A stretch of DNA of 59,945 nucleotides, filler included. It is 3 parts of 3 records of this genome, joined end to end, with 100 filler letters (N's around TTAATTAATTAA, not from the genome) between each part and the next. Parts side by side here need not be neighbours in the genome. Positions count along the whole stretch, not along the records: positions 1 to 24,001 come from SRR22947725_2203; positions 24,102 to 36,459 come from SRR22947725_2206; 1 more part is not named here. One strand, written 5' to 3'. Position 1 is the stretch's first letter; each line of letters starts with the position of its first letter. The position numbers and the translations under genes were made by a program. Shown here piece by piece: positions 20,824-28,867 of the stretch. Under the pieces are notes generated by a model. It was not told where the DNA came from. It saw only the letters and a program-made list of their open reading frames with translations, and searched no databases.

Positions 20824-20841
20824 ATAGTAAAATAATACTAA
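20824..20841. promoter_or_regulatory. Candidate TetR operator, degenerate copy ATAGTAA-AATA-ATACTAA
   Basis: 12/14 match to TTAGTAT-N4-ATACTAA with the same spacer, in the divergent region 20813-20883. Confidence 0.6.
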
Positions 20842-20883
20842 TTACTTTTTAATTAACTTATATTAGTTTAAAAAACAGTTAAT

Positions 20884-21234
20884 ATGAAAATATTTATAAT
20901 AGTTGTAGGGTTGTTGGAGTTATTAGTTGGATCAGTTTTGATGATAAATCCAAGATTAATGGCTGCATACAAAAAGGGGAATAACGCTCTTATAACTACT
21001 GCTAGAATGTATGGAGCTGCCGCCATTAGCATTGGAATCTTTGCAGTATATATTTATTTGAATTTTGAAAATACAATTTTACACGAGCCTTTTTTAATTG
21101 TCTTTGCTGCATTTCATTTTTTAGTTTCTCTAGCAATAATTATTTCATTTCTTTTAAAACAAACTAGAGACTTAAAAATAGCAATACTTCATGGACTGTT
21201 TTTTATAATTACACTATACTTTTTAATTCAATAA
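20884..21234 (+). CDS. Small 4-TM membrane protein, paralogous to the N-terminus of the 785-aa sulfatase
   Basis: Hydrophobic; shares E..L.G.VL, MYG.AA.S.G.FA.Y and LH.PFL with 12119..14476. Confidence 0.8.
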   Translation: MKIFIIVVGLLELLVGSVLMINPRLMAAYKKGNNALITTARMYGAAAISIGIFAVYIYLNFENTILHEPFLIVFAAFHFLVSLAIIISFLLKQTRDLKIAILHGLFFIITLYFLIQ

Positions 21235-21250
21235 TTCTTTTAAATAAGTT

Positions 21251-23107
21251 TTGAAAACTGTACTATCGAAGTATAAAACTTTTCTGAAATCAAATAATAA
21301 ATTAAGTTTTAAATCTTATAATGATTTACATTATTGGAGTGTTAATGAAATTGCAGATTTTTGGGATTCAATTGTTAAGTTTTTTAAAATAGAGTTTGAA
21401 AATCCTCCAACAACAATTTATAAATTCAATGATGATTTTATAAAGACTCTTTGGTTTGATAATTCCAAGATTAGTTACTCTAAGAATGTTTTTAAAAATC
21501 ATAAATTAAAAACTCCTGCAATAAAATATCAAGATGAAAATGGTAGTTATATTGAAATTACCTGGGGATCATTGAAAATGAAAACTTTAGAGTTTCAAAG
21601 GATTTTAGTTGAAAATAATGTAAAAATAGGAGATAGAGTAGCAGGATATTGTTCAAATACAGCTGAAGTTGTAGCGGCTTTTTTAGCAGTCAACTCACTG
21701 GGAGCAATTTGGTCATCTTGTTCCCCTGATTTTGGTTATGATTCTGTTTACGATAGATTTAATCAGATTCAACCAAAATTTTTATTTTATCATTCTGAGT
21801 ATATGTACAATGGGAAAATATTTTCATTAGAATCTAAAGTCGAAAAACTTAAAAGTTCAATAAAATCAATTTCTGGTAGTTTAGATTTAAATACGAAATC
21901 AATATTTTCTAATAACACGAATAACATAAATTTAACTTTCACACCAGTTGATTTTAATCACCCCATTTGGATTTTATTTTCATCAGGTACCACTGGAAAA
22001 CCTAAAGCAATTACGCATAGAACAGGAGGGATGATACTTGAGCATTACAAAGCTTTATCTATTCATCAAAATGTTATTCAATCCGATACATATTTTTGGT
22101 ATTCAACGACTGGATGGATGATGTGGAATTATTCCTTAAGTAGTTTGTTAATTGGGGCTACTCTCTGTATTTACAATGGTTCTCCAGTTTATCCTGATAA
22201 AGGTGTGCTTTGGAGATTTGTTAAAAAAGCACAAATTAATCATTTTGGGCATGGAGCAGTTTTTTTTCAAAACCTATTATCTGATACTCCAAAAGAGTTA
22301 ATTTCTTACGATTTATCTTGTATAAAAACTTTAGGTTCAACAGGTTCTCCGTTATTTAAAGAAACTAACATAGGATTAAATAAGCTTTTTCCTAATGCTC
22401 ATGTTGTTTCGCTGAGTGGAGGAACTGATGTTTGTACTGCTTTTATTGGAGGTAATCCAGAAATGGATGTTATCCCCGGAGAAATTCAATGTAAAATGTT
22501 AGGTGCTTCTATTGAAGTTTGGAATGATCATGGAACTGAAGTTAAAAATGAAATGGGTGAACTTGTTTTGACTAAGCCATTTATTTCAATGCCTGTATTT
22601 TTTTGGAATGACAAAAATGATGAAAAATACAGAAATAGTTATTTTTCAAAATTTAATAAAATTTGGAATCATGGAGATTGGGTTACCCATACAGTAAATG
22701 ATGGAATTATTGTTCACGGGCGCTCTGATTCAACTTTAAATAGATTTGGCGTTAGAATAGGTACATCCGAGATATATAGCGCTATTAAAGATTTAAGCTA
22801 TGTTGATGATAGTTTAATAATTCATTTAGATGATAGTAATAACAATCAGTTAATTCTTTTTGTCAAATCTATTTCAGAAATAGATAATGATGAATTAAAA
22901 TCTGTAATTCGACAAAAATGTTCACCACGGCATGTTCCGGACTTAATCTTTAAAACTCCTGATATTCCTTACACTATAAGTGGAAAAAAAGTTGAAGTAC
23001 CTGTGAAAAAGATTTTGATGGGTAAAAATCCAAATGATGTGGTTAGTAGTGATTCATTAAGAAACCCAAAATCTTTAGACTGGTTTGTAAAATTTTACAA
23101 AAATTAA
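21251..23107 (+). CDS. Acetoacetate--CoA ligase
   Basis: GAIWSSCSPDFG, FSSGTTGKPK, TTGWMMWN, SGGTDVC, GRSDSTLNRFGVRIGTSEIY, SGKKVEVPVK. Confidence 0.92.
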   Translation: MKTVLSKYKTFLKSNNKLSFKSYNDLHYWSVNEIADFWDSIVKFFKIEFENPPTTIYKFNDDFIKTLWFDNSKISYSKNVFKNHKLKTPAIKYQDENGSYIEITWGSLKMKTLEFQRILVENNVKIGDRVAGYCSNTAEVVAAFLAVNSLGAIWSSCSPDFGYDSVYDRFNQIQPKFLFYHSEYMYNGKIFSLESKVEKLKSSIKSISGSLDLNTKSIFSNNTNNINLTFTPVDFNHPIWILFSSGTTGKPKAITHRTGGMILEHYKALSIHQNVIQSDTYFWYSTTGWMMWNYSLSSLLIGATLCIYNGSPVYPDKGVLWRFVKKAQINHFGHGAVFFQNLLSDTPKELISYDLSCIKTLGSTGSPLFKETNIGLNKLFPNAHVVSLSGGTDVCTAFIGGNPEMDVIPGEIQCKMLGASIEVWNDHGTEVKNEMGELVLTKPFISMPVFFWNDKNDEKYRNSYFSKFNKIWNHGDWVTHTVNDGIIVHGRSDSTLNRFGVRIGTSEIYSAIKDLSYVDDSLIIHLDDSNNNQLILFVKSISEIDNDELKSVIRQKCSPRHVPDLIFKTPDIPYTISGKKVEVPVKKILMGKNPNDVVSSDSLRNPKSLDWFVKFYKN

Positions 23108-24001
23108 TTATAAGTATCTAATAAATCCTTTTGCTCATTAATAGATGAGATGAATTCTTTTTTAAGTGAATCTACAAGTTCTTTAACTGTTGGATCATCT
23201 TCAATGGTAGTTACTCCCTGACCCGCAGACCATATTGTTTTCCATGCTTTTGCTTCTGCTTTAGCAGCATCTAATTCATCACCAAAATCCACTTTTTTAG
23301 AATTGCCCCACATGTCTTCCGTGATTCCCATGGATTCTAAACTTTGTCGAAGAAAATTTGCATTAACTCCAGAGACAACTGCTGTATAAACAATATCTCC
23401 AGCTTTTGAATTTATTATCATTTCTTTATAAGCATCGTCAGCCTTACTTTCTTTAGTATTAATAAATCTTGTACCCATGTAAGCCAAATCTGCTCCCATT
23501 TGTTTTGCTGAAGCGATATCTCTTCCATTAGATAAACACCCTGAAAGTAAAATTGTTTTTTTGAAAAACTTCTTAACCTCAGCTATAAAAGGAATTGGAT
23601 GAAGTGTTCCTCCATGACCACCTGCTCCTGCAGCAACTAGGATTAATCCATCAACTCCAGCTTCAGCTGCTTTCTCAGCATGTCTTTTTTTGATAACATC
23701 ATGATAAACCAGACCACCATAAGAGTGTACGGCATCTACTAGTTGACTTACAGCACCAAGTGAAGTGATTATAATTGGAACTTTATGTTTTACACAAAGC
23801 ATTAAATCTGCTTGAACTCTTGGATTGGTGTTATGAACAATTAAGTTAACTCCGTATGGAGCTGCTTTTTTTCCTGTTTCTTTTTCGAATTTATCTAGTT
23901 CTGTTTTTATTTCTATTAACCACTCTTCAAAGCCTTCTGAAGTTCTTTGATTAAGTGCTGGAAAAGTTCCAACAATTCCATTTTTACAACATTCTATTAC
24001 A
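23104..24001 (-). CDS. Nitronate monooxygenase family protein (5' end lost in the gap)
   Basis: Frame open to the gap (VIECCKNGIVGTFPALNQRT...YGVNLIVH); AGAGGHGG, GADLAYMGTRFI, KAWKTIWSAGQGV. Confidence 0.9.
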
Positions 24002-24101
24002 NNNNNNNNNNNNNNNNNNNNNNNNNNNNNNNNNNNNNNNNNNNNTTAATTAATTAANNNNNNNNNNNNNNNNNNNNNNNNNNNNNNNNNNNNNNNNNNN
24101 N
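24002..24101. other. Artificial contig linker (N-run + TTAATTAATTAA + N-run)
   Basis: 100-bp pad with a six-frame stop linker at 24046-24057. Confidence 0.97.
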
Positions 24102-24398
24102 AGTTCTTTTGCTTTTGTTGTTGAGGATGATTCTTGGGAAATGAGAGATGGAATAAATGTCAGAACTATCAACAAAGTTTCTAGACTTTATGATGTTTCA
24201 GCTGTTACATATCCAGCCTATGAAGAAGCATCTGTTGCTTTACGTTCAATGGAAGAATGGAAAAAGACAGAAGATGAAAAGGTTTTAAAAGAGAACCTTG
24301 AAAAAGAGAAGGAAGAAAGAGAGAAGGAAGAAATGGATTTAACTAAACGCTCTCTTGCTGAGTTGCGTTTGTCAATCATAAATAAAAAAAGTAATTAA
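24102..24398 (+). CDS. HK97-family prohead protease (5' partial)
   Basis: Frame open from the contig start: SSFAFVVEDDSWE...RLYDVSAVTYPAY. Confidence 0.9.
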   Translation, partial: SSFAFVVEDDSWEMRDGINVRTINKVSRLYDVSAVTYPAYEEASVALRSMEEWKKTEDEKVLKENLEKEKEEREKEEMDLTKRSLAELRLSIINKKSN

Positions 24399-24415
24399 TA
24401 AAACTGAAAAAAAAG

Positions 24416-25633
24416 ATGAAAACATCTAAATTCTACACAGAGGAGAGAGCTTCAGTTGTTGAAAATATGGAGGCTATCATTGACTCAGCGAAAGTTGAAG
24501 GACGTGAGCTTACAGATTCAGAAACTAAAGAATTCGATTCTCTTAATGACAAAGCTAACTCTTTAGAGGGTATGGCAAAAAGAGCTTCTTCATTTGAAGC
24601 ACTACAAGCAAACAAAGTAAAAACAGCTGACAAAGTTGAGGACACTCCTAAAGAAGTTCGAGAGTATTCTTTCCAAGAAGCTATGAGTGCTGCTTACTCT
24701 GGTCGTTTGGAAGGTCTTGTTAAAGAGATGGACCAAGAGGCTAGAAGAGAGGCTCGTTATACTGGACAATCGTTTAAAGGTATTGCAATTCCTTCTGCTG
24801 TTTTAACTCGTGCTGCTGTTGGAACTGCTGCTGGTAATGCTACTCAAGTGATGGCTTGGACTGACCAACTTGAAGCCAACTTAATTTTAGCTTCTGCTGG
24901 TGCAAACTTTTACTCGGGTGTCAACAACATGAAATTTCCCGTGTTTAGTGCAATCAACTCTGGATTCGTTCCCGAAGCTGGTGGTTCTGCTCCAGCTGCA
25001 AACGGAACAGCATCTGGTTTGACTTTAAGCCCAAAGAAACTTATTTCAATTGTAAATGTTTCAGCTGAGGCTTTAGTACAAAACGCTGGTATCGAAGCTG
25101 CACTTCGTAGAAACATGGCTCAATCTGTTGCAGCTACTTTAGAGAATGCTTTATTAGATACTGGAGATGTTTCAAACGCTCCAACTTCTATCTTTGCTGA
25201 CGCTGCTGCTGGTTCAACTGGTGCTTTGACTGCTGCTACACTTCTTGACCTTGAAACTACTGTTTTAGGTAACGGAGTTCAATTAGAAGGTGCACGCATG
25301 GCTTACCTTATGGACATGGATGCTTATAAGAAAGTAAAAGCTGAAGCTCAAGTTTCTTCTGTTTCTCCATTATATGATAACAGAGATAAAACTTCAAACG
25401 GATACTTCACTTTCGTTTCTGGAAATGTTGCTGCTTCTGGAGCATCTGGAAAAGAGCACGTTCTTTTCGGAGATTTCTCAAAAGTACACATTGCTCAGTT
25501 CGGTGGACTTGACATCTTAGTTGACCCTTACACAGATGGTGGAATCGGTCAAACTAGAATGATTGTTACTTCTTTAGTTGATGGAGATGCTGTTCAAAAT
25601 GACACTGCATTTGCTACATTGATTGAAGCTTAA
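24416..25633 (+). CDS. HK97-fold major capsid protein
   Basis: Coiled-coil delta domain (GRELTDSETKEFDSL), LTLSPKKL, LFGDFSK..I..FGGLDILVDPYT; follows the protease. Confidence 0.93.
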   Translation: MKTSKFYTEERASVVENMEAIIDSAKVEGRELTDSETKEFDSLNDKANSLEGMAKRASSFEALQANKVKTADKVEDTPKEVREYSFQEAMSAAYSGRLEGLVKEMDQEARREARYTGQSFKGIAIPSAVLTRAAVGTAAGNATQVMAWTDQLEANLILASAGANFYSGVNNMKFPVFSAINSGFVPEAGGSAPAANGTASGLTLSPKKLISIVNVSAEALVQNAGIEAALRRNMAQSVAATLENALLDTGDVSNAPTSIFADAAAGSTGALTAATLLDLETTVLGNGVQLEGARMAYLMDMDAYKKVKAEAQVSSVSPLYDNRDKTSNGYFTFVSGNVAASGASGKEHVLFGDFSKVHIAQFGGLDILVDPYTDGGIGQTRMIVTSLVDGDAVQNDTAFATLIEA

Positions 25634-25644
25634 TTGATTAATAT

Positions 25645-25675
25645 TGGAGGAGGGTTTCGGCTCTCCTCCATTTTT
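25645..25675 (+). terminator. Rho-independent terminator after the capsid gene
   Basis: TGGAGGAGGGT-TTCG-GCTCTCCTCCA followed by TTTTT. Confidence 0.8.
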
Positions 25676-25689
25676 ACCAACAAAAAGAA

Positions 25690-26310
25690 ATGATTACAAG
25701 CTCAGATTTAGGTATTTCAATAACTACTGGTTATGGTAAGTTAAGACTTTCAACTGCTCCAACTTTAACTCCAGTTTCAGTTGCAGAAGCAAAGACACAT
25801 CTTAGAATAGACAGCTCATTCACAGATGATGACACTTACATTGCAACACTTATTGATGTGGCAACTTTAGCCGCTGAAAATTACACAAATCTGGCTATAA
25901 TGGAACAAACATTTGTTCTTGACATTGATTCCTTTCCAGATTACTTCAATCTGTTAAAAGGGCAATTGAGAGTGTTAACAGTCAACTCTATTACATACAA
26001 AGATGAAAACAATGTTAGTCAAACTCTAGCCGCTTCAAACTATGTAGCGGATGGAAGCATCAAACCATCTAGAATCTATTTCACTCCAGATGCTACGATT
26101 CCAAGCACCTTTGATATTCCGAATGCTGTCTCTGTAAACTTTACTCTTGGATGCACCGCTGCTAGTCAAGTTCCAGCACCTATAAAACAAGCTATTCTTT
26201 TGATGATTGGGAGCTATTATGAAACAAGGCAATCGATAAGTGATAGAACATATAAAGAAGTTCCACAATCAGCTGAATATCTTTTGAACCCTTACAGAGT
26301 GCAAGGCTAA
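25690..26310 (+). CDS. Head-tail connector (gp6 / phiE125 gp8-like)
   Basis: PVSVAEAKTHLRID...DDTYIATLI..A...AENYT; VPAPIKQAILLMIGSYYETR; LLNPYR. Confidence 0.9.
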   Translation: MITSSDLGISITTGYGKLRLSTAPTLTPVSVAEAKTHLRIDSSFTDDDTYIATLIDVATLAAENYTNLAIMEQTFVLDIDSFPDYFNLLKGQLRVLTVNSITYKDENNVSQTLAASNYVADGSIKPSRIYFTPDATIPSTFDIPNAVSVNFTLGCTAASQVPAPIKQAILLMIGSYYETRQSISDRTYKEVPQSAEYLLNPYRVQG

Positions 26311-26636
26311 TGAATATCGGCAAACTAGATAGATTGGTCACTATTAAGCAAGGGACATTCGCTCAAGATGCTTATGGAGAAAACATCCGTTCAACTTCTG
26401 ATTTAGCTTCTGTTTGGGCACGTTTTGAGTTTGAAAAAGGAAAAGCTGGATATGATGCCGATACTTTTGTAGGAACAAGTCCAGCAAAGATGACAATTCG
26501 CTATCGTTCAGACTTACAAATATCTCCAAAACATTTCATTGCTTATAATTCAAAAGAGTGGTTCATTCGCTCAATTGAGGAGATAGGAAGAAAAGAGGGT
26601 TTGATTTTAAGAGTTGAGGAAAAAACAACTGACTAA
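26310..26636 (+). CDS. Head closure protein (SPP1 gp16-like)
   Basis: MNIGKLDRLVTI, DAYGE, VWA, TIRYR, IGRKEGL. Confidence 0.88.
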   Translation: MNIGKLDRLVTIKQGTFAQDAYGENIRSTSDLASVWARFEFEKGKAGYDADTFVGTSPAKMTIRYRSDLQISPKHFIAYNSKEWFIRSIEEIGRKEGLILRVEEKTTD

Positions 26637-27088
26637 TGCTAAAAATCGAAGTTGACCAAAAAGAATTAAGGCAAATCCAAAAGGACTTGGATAAATTGCT
26701 TCCTTTTGATAGAGGTACAAAGACAATAGTGCGCCAAGCAATGAGAAAGGCAATGAAGCCAGTCACAAAAGAGCTGAGAAGCCTATTGAAAAAGAACACC
26801 GATTCTGGAGATTTGGTTAAGTCGATAGGAGTTTTTGATATTAAGAACAGAAGAACAGCTCCTCCAGTTGTTGGAGTAGGACCGAGAAAAAGAGCAAAGG
26901 GAAAACAAGAGGGATCTGATTTACTTCCAACTGGTTACATGATATTTTTAGAATATGGAACTCCGAACATTCCAGCGCAAAGGAATCTTGACAAAGCTGA
27001 AGCAAACAAATTTTCAGCTGTTATGAGTTCAATAGTTCCATCTTTAAGAAGTATAATCGACAAAAGATTTAAAAAGAAAGGAGTGTAA
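26636..27088 (+). CDS. HK97 gp10-family tail completion/neck protein
   Basis: SGDLVKSI, FLEYGT; position in the module. Confidence 0.8.
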   Translation: MLKIEVDQKELRQIQKDLDKLLPFDRGTKTIVRQAMRKAMKPVTKELRSLLKKNTDSGDLVKSIGVFDIKNRRTAPPVVGVGPRKRAKGKQEGSDLLPTGYMIFLEYGTPNIPAQRNLDKAEANKFSAVMSSIVPSLRSIIDKRFKKKGV

Positions 27089-27486
27089 TGGACATAGGAA
27101 AAGCAATTTATTCAATTCTATCAAATGACTCTGGGGTTTCAAATATAGTAGGGACAAGGATATTTCCTCAAAAAGTACCTTTTGGAGAACAGATGCCCTC
27201 AATCACTTACTTTGTTATTGATACAAGTCCAAATAACACAAAAAACGGAGCATCAACTTACGATTATGTTCGTTGCCAAATAACCGCTTTTGGTGTTAGT
27301 TATTCACAAGCTCAAGATTTAGCAACAGAAATAAGGTCGGCTCTAGATTATAAAACGGGAACTGAAGCTGGAGTTGTTATCAGTAAATGTTTTTTCGAAG
27401 ATTCAAATGACATTTTTGATGATAGCTTCGGAGAAAATGGGATTCACTATGTTGCAATGGATTTTAGATTTAACATAAACAGATAA
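27088..27486 (+). CDS. Tail terminator (DUF3168-like)
   Basis: AIYSILS...VGTRIFP...P.ITY...A..IRSALD; directly upstream of the tail tube region. Confidence 0.82.
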   Translation: MDIGKAIYSILSNDSGVSNIVGTRIFPQKVPFGEQMPSITYFVIDTSPNNTKNGASTYDYVRCQITAFGVSYSQAQDLATEIRSALDYKTGTEAGVVISKCFFEDSNDIFDDSFGENGIHYVAMDFRFNINR

Positions 27487-27490
27487 TAAG

Positions 27491-27667
27491 ATGCACAAAT
27501 TAACAATGAAAAAAGATGTCACTTTTAGAGAGGTAGAATATCTCAAAGGAGAAACTTATATTGTTTCTGGAAAAATCAGAAGAACATTTTTGAAACTTGA
27601 TGCAATTAAGACAAAACCAACGAAAAAGAAATCAAAGTCCGAAAACGACTTAGATACTAGTATTTAA
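27491..27667 (+). CDS. Small hypothetical phage protein (58 aa; not in ORF track)
   Basis: MHKLTMKKDVTFREVEYLKGETYIVSGKIRRTFLKLDAIKTKPTKKKSKSENDLDTSI fills the terminator-tube gap. Confidence 0.7.
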   Translation: MHKLTMKKDVTFREVEYLKGETYIVSGKIRRTFLKLDAIKTKPTKKKSKSENDLDTSI

Positions 27668-27684
27668 TTTTAAAACCAAAATAA

Positions 27685-28122
27685 ATGGCAATTTTTAACG
27701 GAACGGACTTAATTTTAAAAGTAAGTCCTAGTGAAGGAGGAGCAGATGCAAAGTTGATGCACTCTCAATCCGTCACTTTAGACGTTTCAACTGAAACGAT
27801 AGACATCACAACAAAAGACAGCTCTGGCAGACAAGAGGTCATCGCTGGCTTAACATCATTCTCTTTGAGCTCTGATGGATTAATGGATTTCAATCCAACA
27901 ACCGCAGCTGACACAGAGTTTGATGAATTATTTATTCAAGGTTACACAAACAGAACCGCAGTAACATTCACTTTCACTTTAGCAACTACTGCAACTGGAG
28001 ATTACACTTTCTCGGGTTCTGGTATTATTACTGCTCTTTCAATTTCAGCTGGTGTGGAGGATGCTCCAACATACAGCGTATCAATTCAAGGAACTGGTGC
28101 TTTAACTAAGAATGATATTTAA
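27685..28122 (+). CDS. Tail tube protein (TP901-1-like)
   Basis: NGTDLIL, ETIDITTKDS, FSLSSDGL, TYSVSIQGTGAL. Confidence 0.9.
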   Translation: MAIFNGTDLILKVSPSEGGADAKLMHSQSVTLDVSTETIDITTKDSSGRQEVIAGLTSFSLSSDGLMDFNPTTAADTEFDELFIQGYTNRTAVTFTFTLATTATGDYTFSGSGIITALSISAGVEDAPTYSVSIQGTGALTKNDI

Positions 28123-28125
28123 TTT

Positions 28126-28189
28126 ATTTCGTTGGTGGGGTTGAGCTTCGGCTCTCTCCATCAACTTAACTTCTAAAAACCAACGAAAT
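28126..28189 (+). promoter_or_regulatory. Structured intergenic RNA (UUCG hairpin with an alternative pairing over the next start codon)
   Basis: GTTGGTGGGG..GAGC-TTCG-GCTC.CTCCATCAAC hairpin; ATTTCGTTGGT (28126-36) is also the exact reverse complement of ACCAACGAAAT (28179-89). Confidence 0.55.
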
Positions 28190-28538
28190 GTTTGAAGTAG
28201 TAATACTAAACAAAAAAGATTTTCCGATTAGATTCGGAATGAACGCTCTTAGAATTTATTGCAAAAAAACGAACACCTCGCTTCAAGATTTGGACAAACT
28301 TGGAGAGGATTTATCACTTGACAAAGCGTGTCAATTGATTTTGGCTGGGCTTCAAGATGGAGCAAGAGTTGCTGGAAAGGATTTTGATTTGACTGTTGAA
28401 GATATTGCTGACATTCTCGATGATGACATGGATGCACTCCAAAAGTGTTTTGATGTTTTCGCTGAACAGTTCTCAGCAAAGTTTGAATCAAAGGGAAACG
28501 AGAAGGAGGAGAAAAAAACTCCTCAAAACAAAAAATAG
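28188..28538 (+). CDS. Tail assembly chaperone (gpG-like)
   Basis: Lies between tube and TMP; PIRFGMNAL; ends after slippery G GGA AAC at 28493-28499. Confidence 0.85.
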   Translation: MFEVVILNKKDFPIRFGMNALRIYCKKTNTSLQDLDKLGEDLSLDKACQLILAGLQDGARVAGKDFDLTVEDIADILDDDMDALQKCFDVFAEQFSAKFESKGNEKEEKKTPQNKK

Positions 28539-28867
28539 ATTGGGATGATTTGGAGGCTATTGCTTATGGCTTCGGACTTTTGCCAAGTGAGTTCTGGAAC
28601 ATGACTTTTCATGAGTTCTTTTTATTACAAAGAGGTAGAAATGAACAAATGGAACTCAAAGAAAGATTTGAATGGGAAAGGACAAGATGGTTAGCTTGTT
28701 TATTTTTACAACCACACCGAAAAAAAGGAAGCAAGTTGAATCCTAAAGACCTCATTCGTTTTGAATGGGAAAAGAAAGAGGACAAAAAGAATCTAGAAAA
28801 AAGAAAGAAAGCTGCTGAATATGCTGCTAAAAAGTACGAAACAATAAATAAGAATAAAAATGGCTAA
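28499..28867 (+). CDS. Tail assembly chaperone T-part, reached by -1 frameshift (gpGT-like)
   Basis: The -1 frame is open from the slippery site into the 28550 ORF; GLLPSEFWNMTFHEF, WERTR. Confidence 0.8.
   Translation, partial: REGGEKNSSKQKIDWDDLEAIAYGFGLLPSEFWNMTFHEFFLLQRGRNEQMELKERFEWERTRWLACLFLQPHRKKGSKLNPKDLIRFEWEKKEDKKNLEKRKKAAEYAAKKYETINKNKNG

Noticed and set aside
20861-20882. Possible fourth operator copy (TTAGTTT...)
   Set aside because: Only a partial half-site; the second arm does not match
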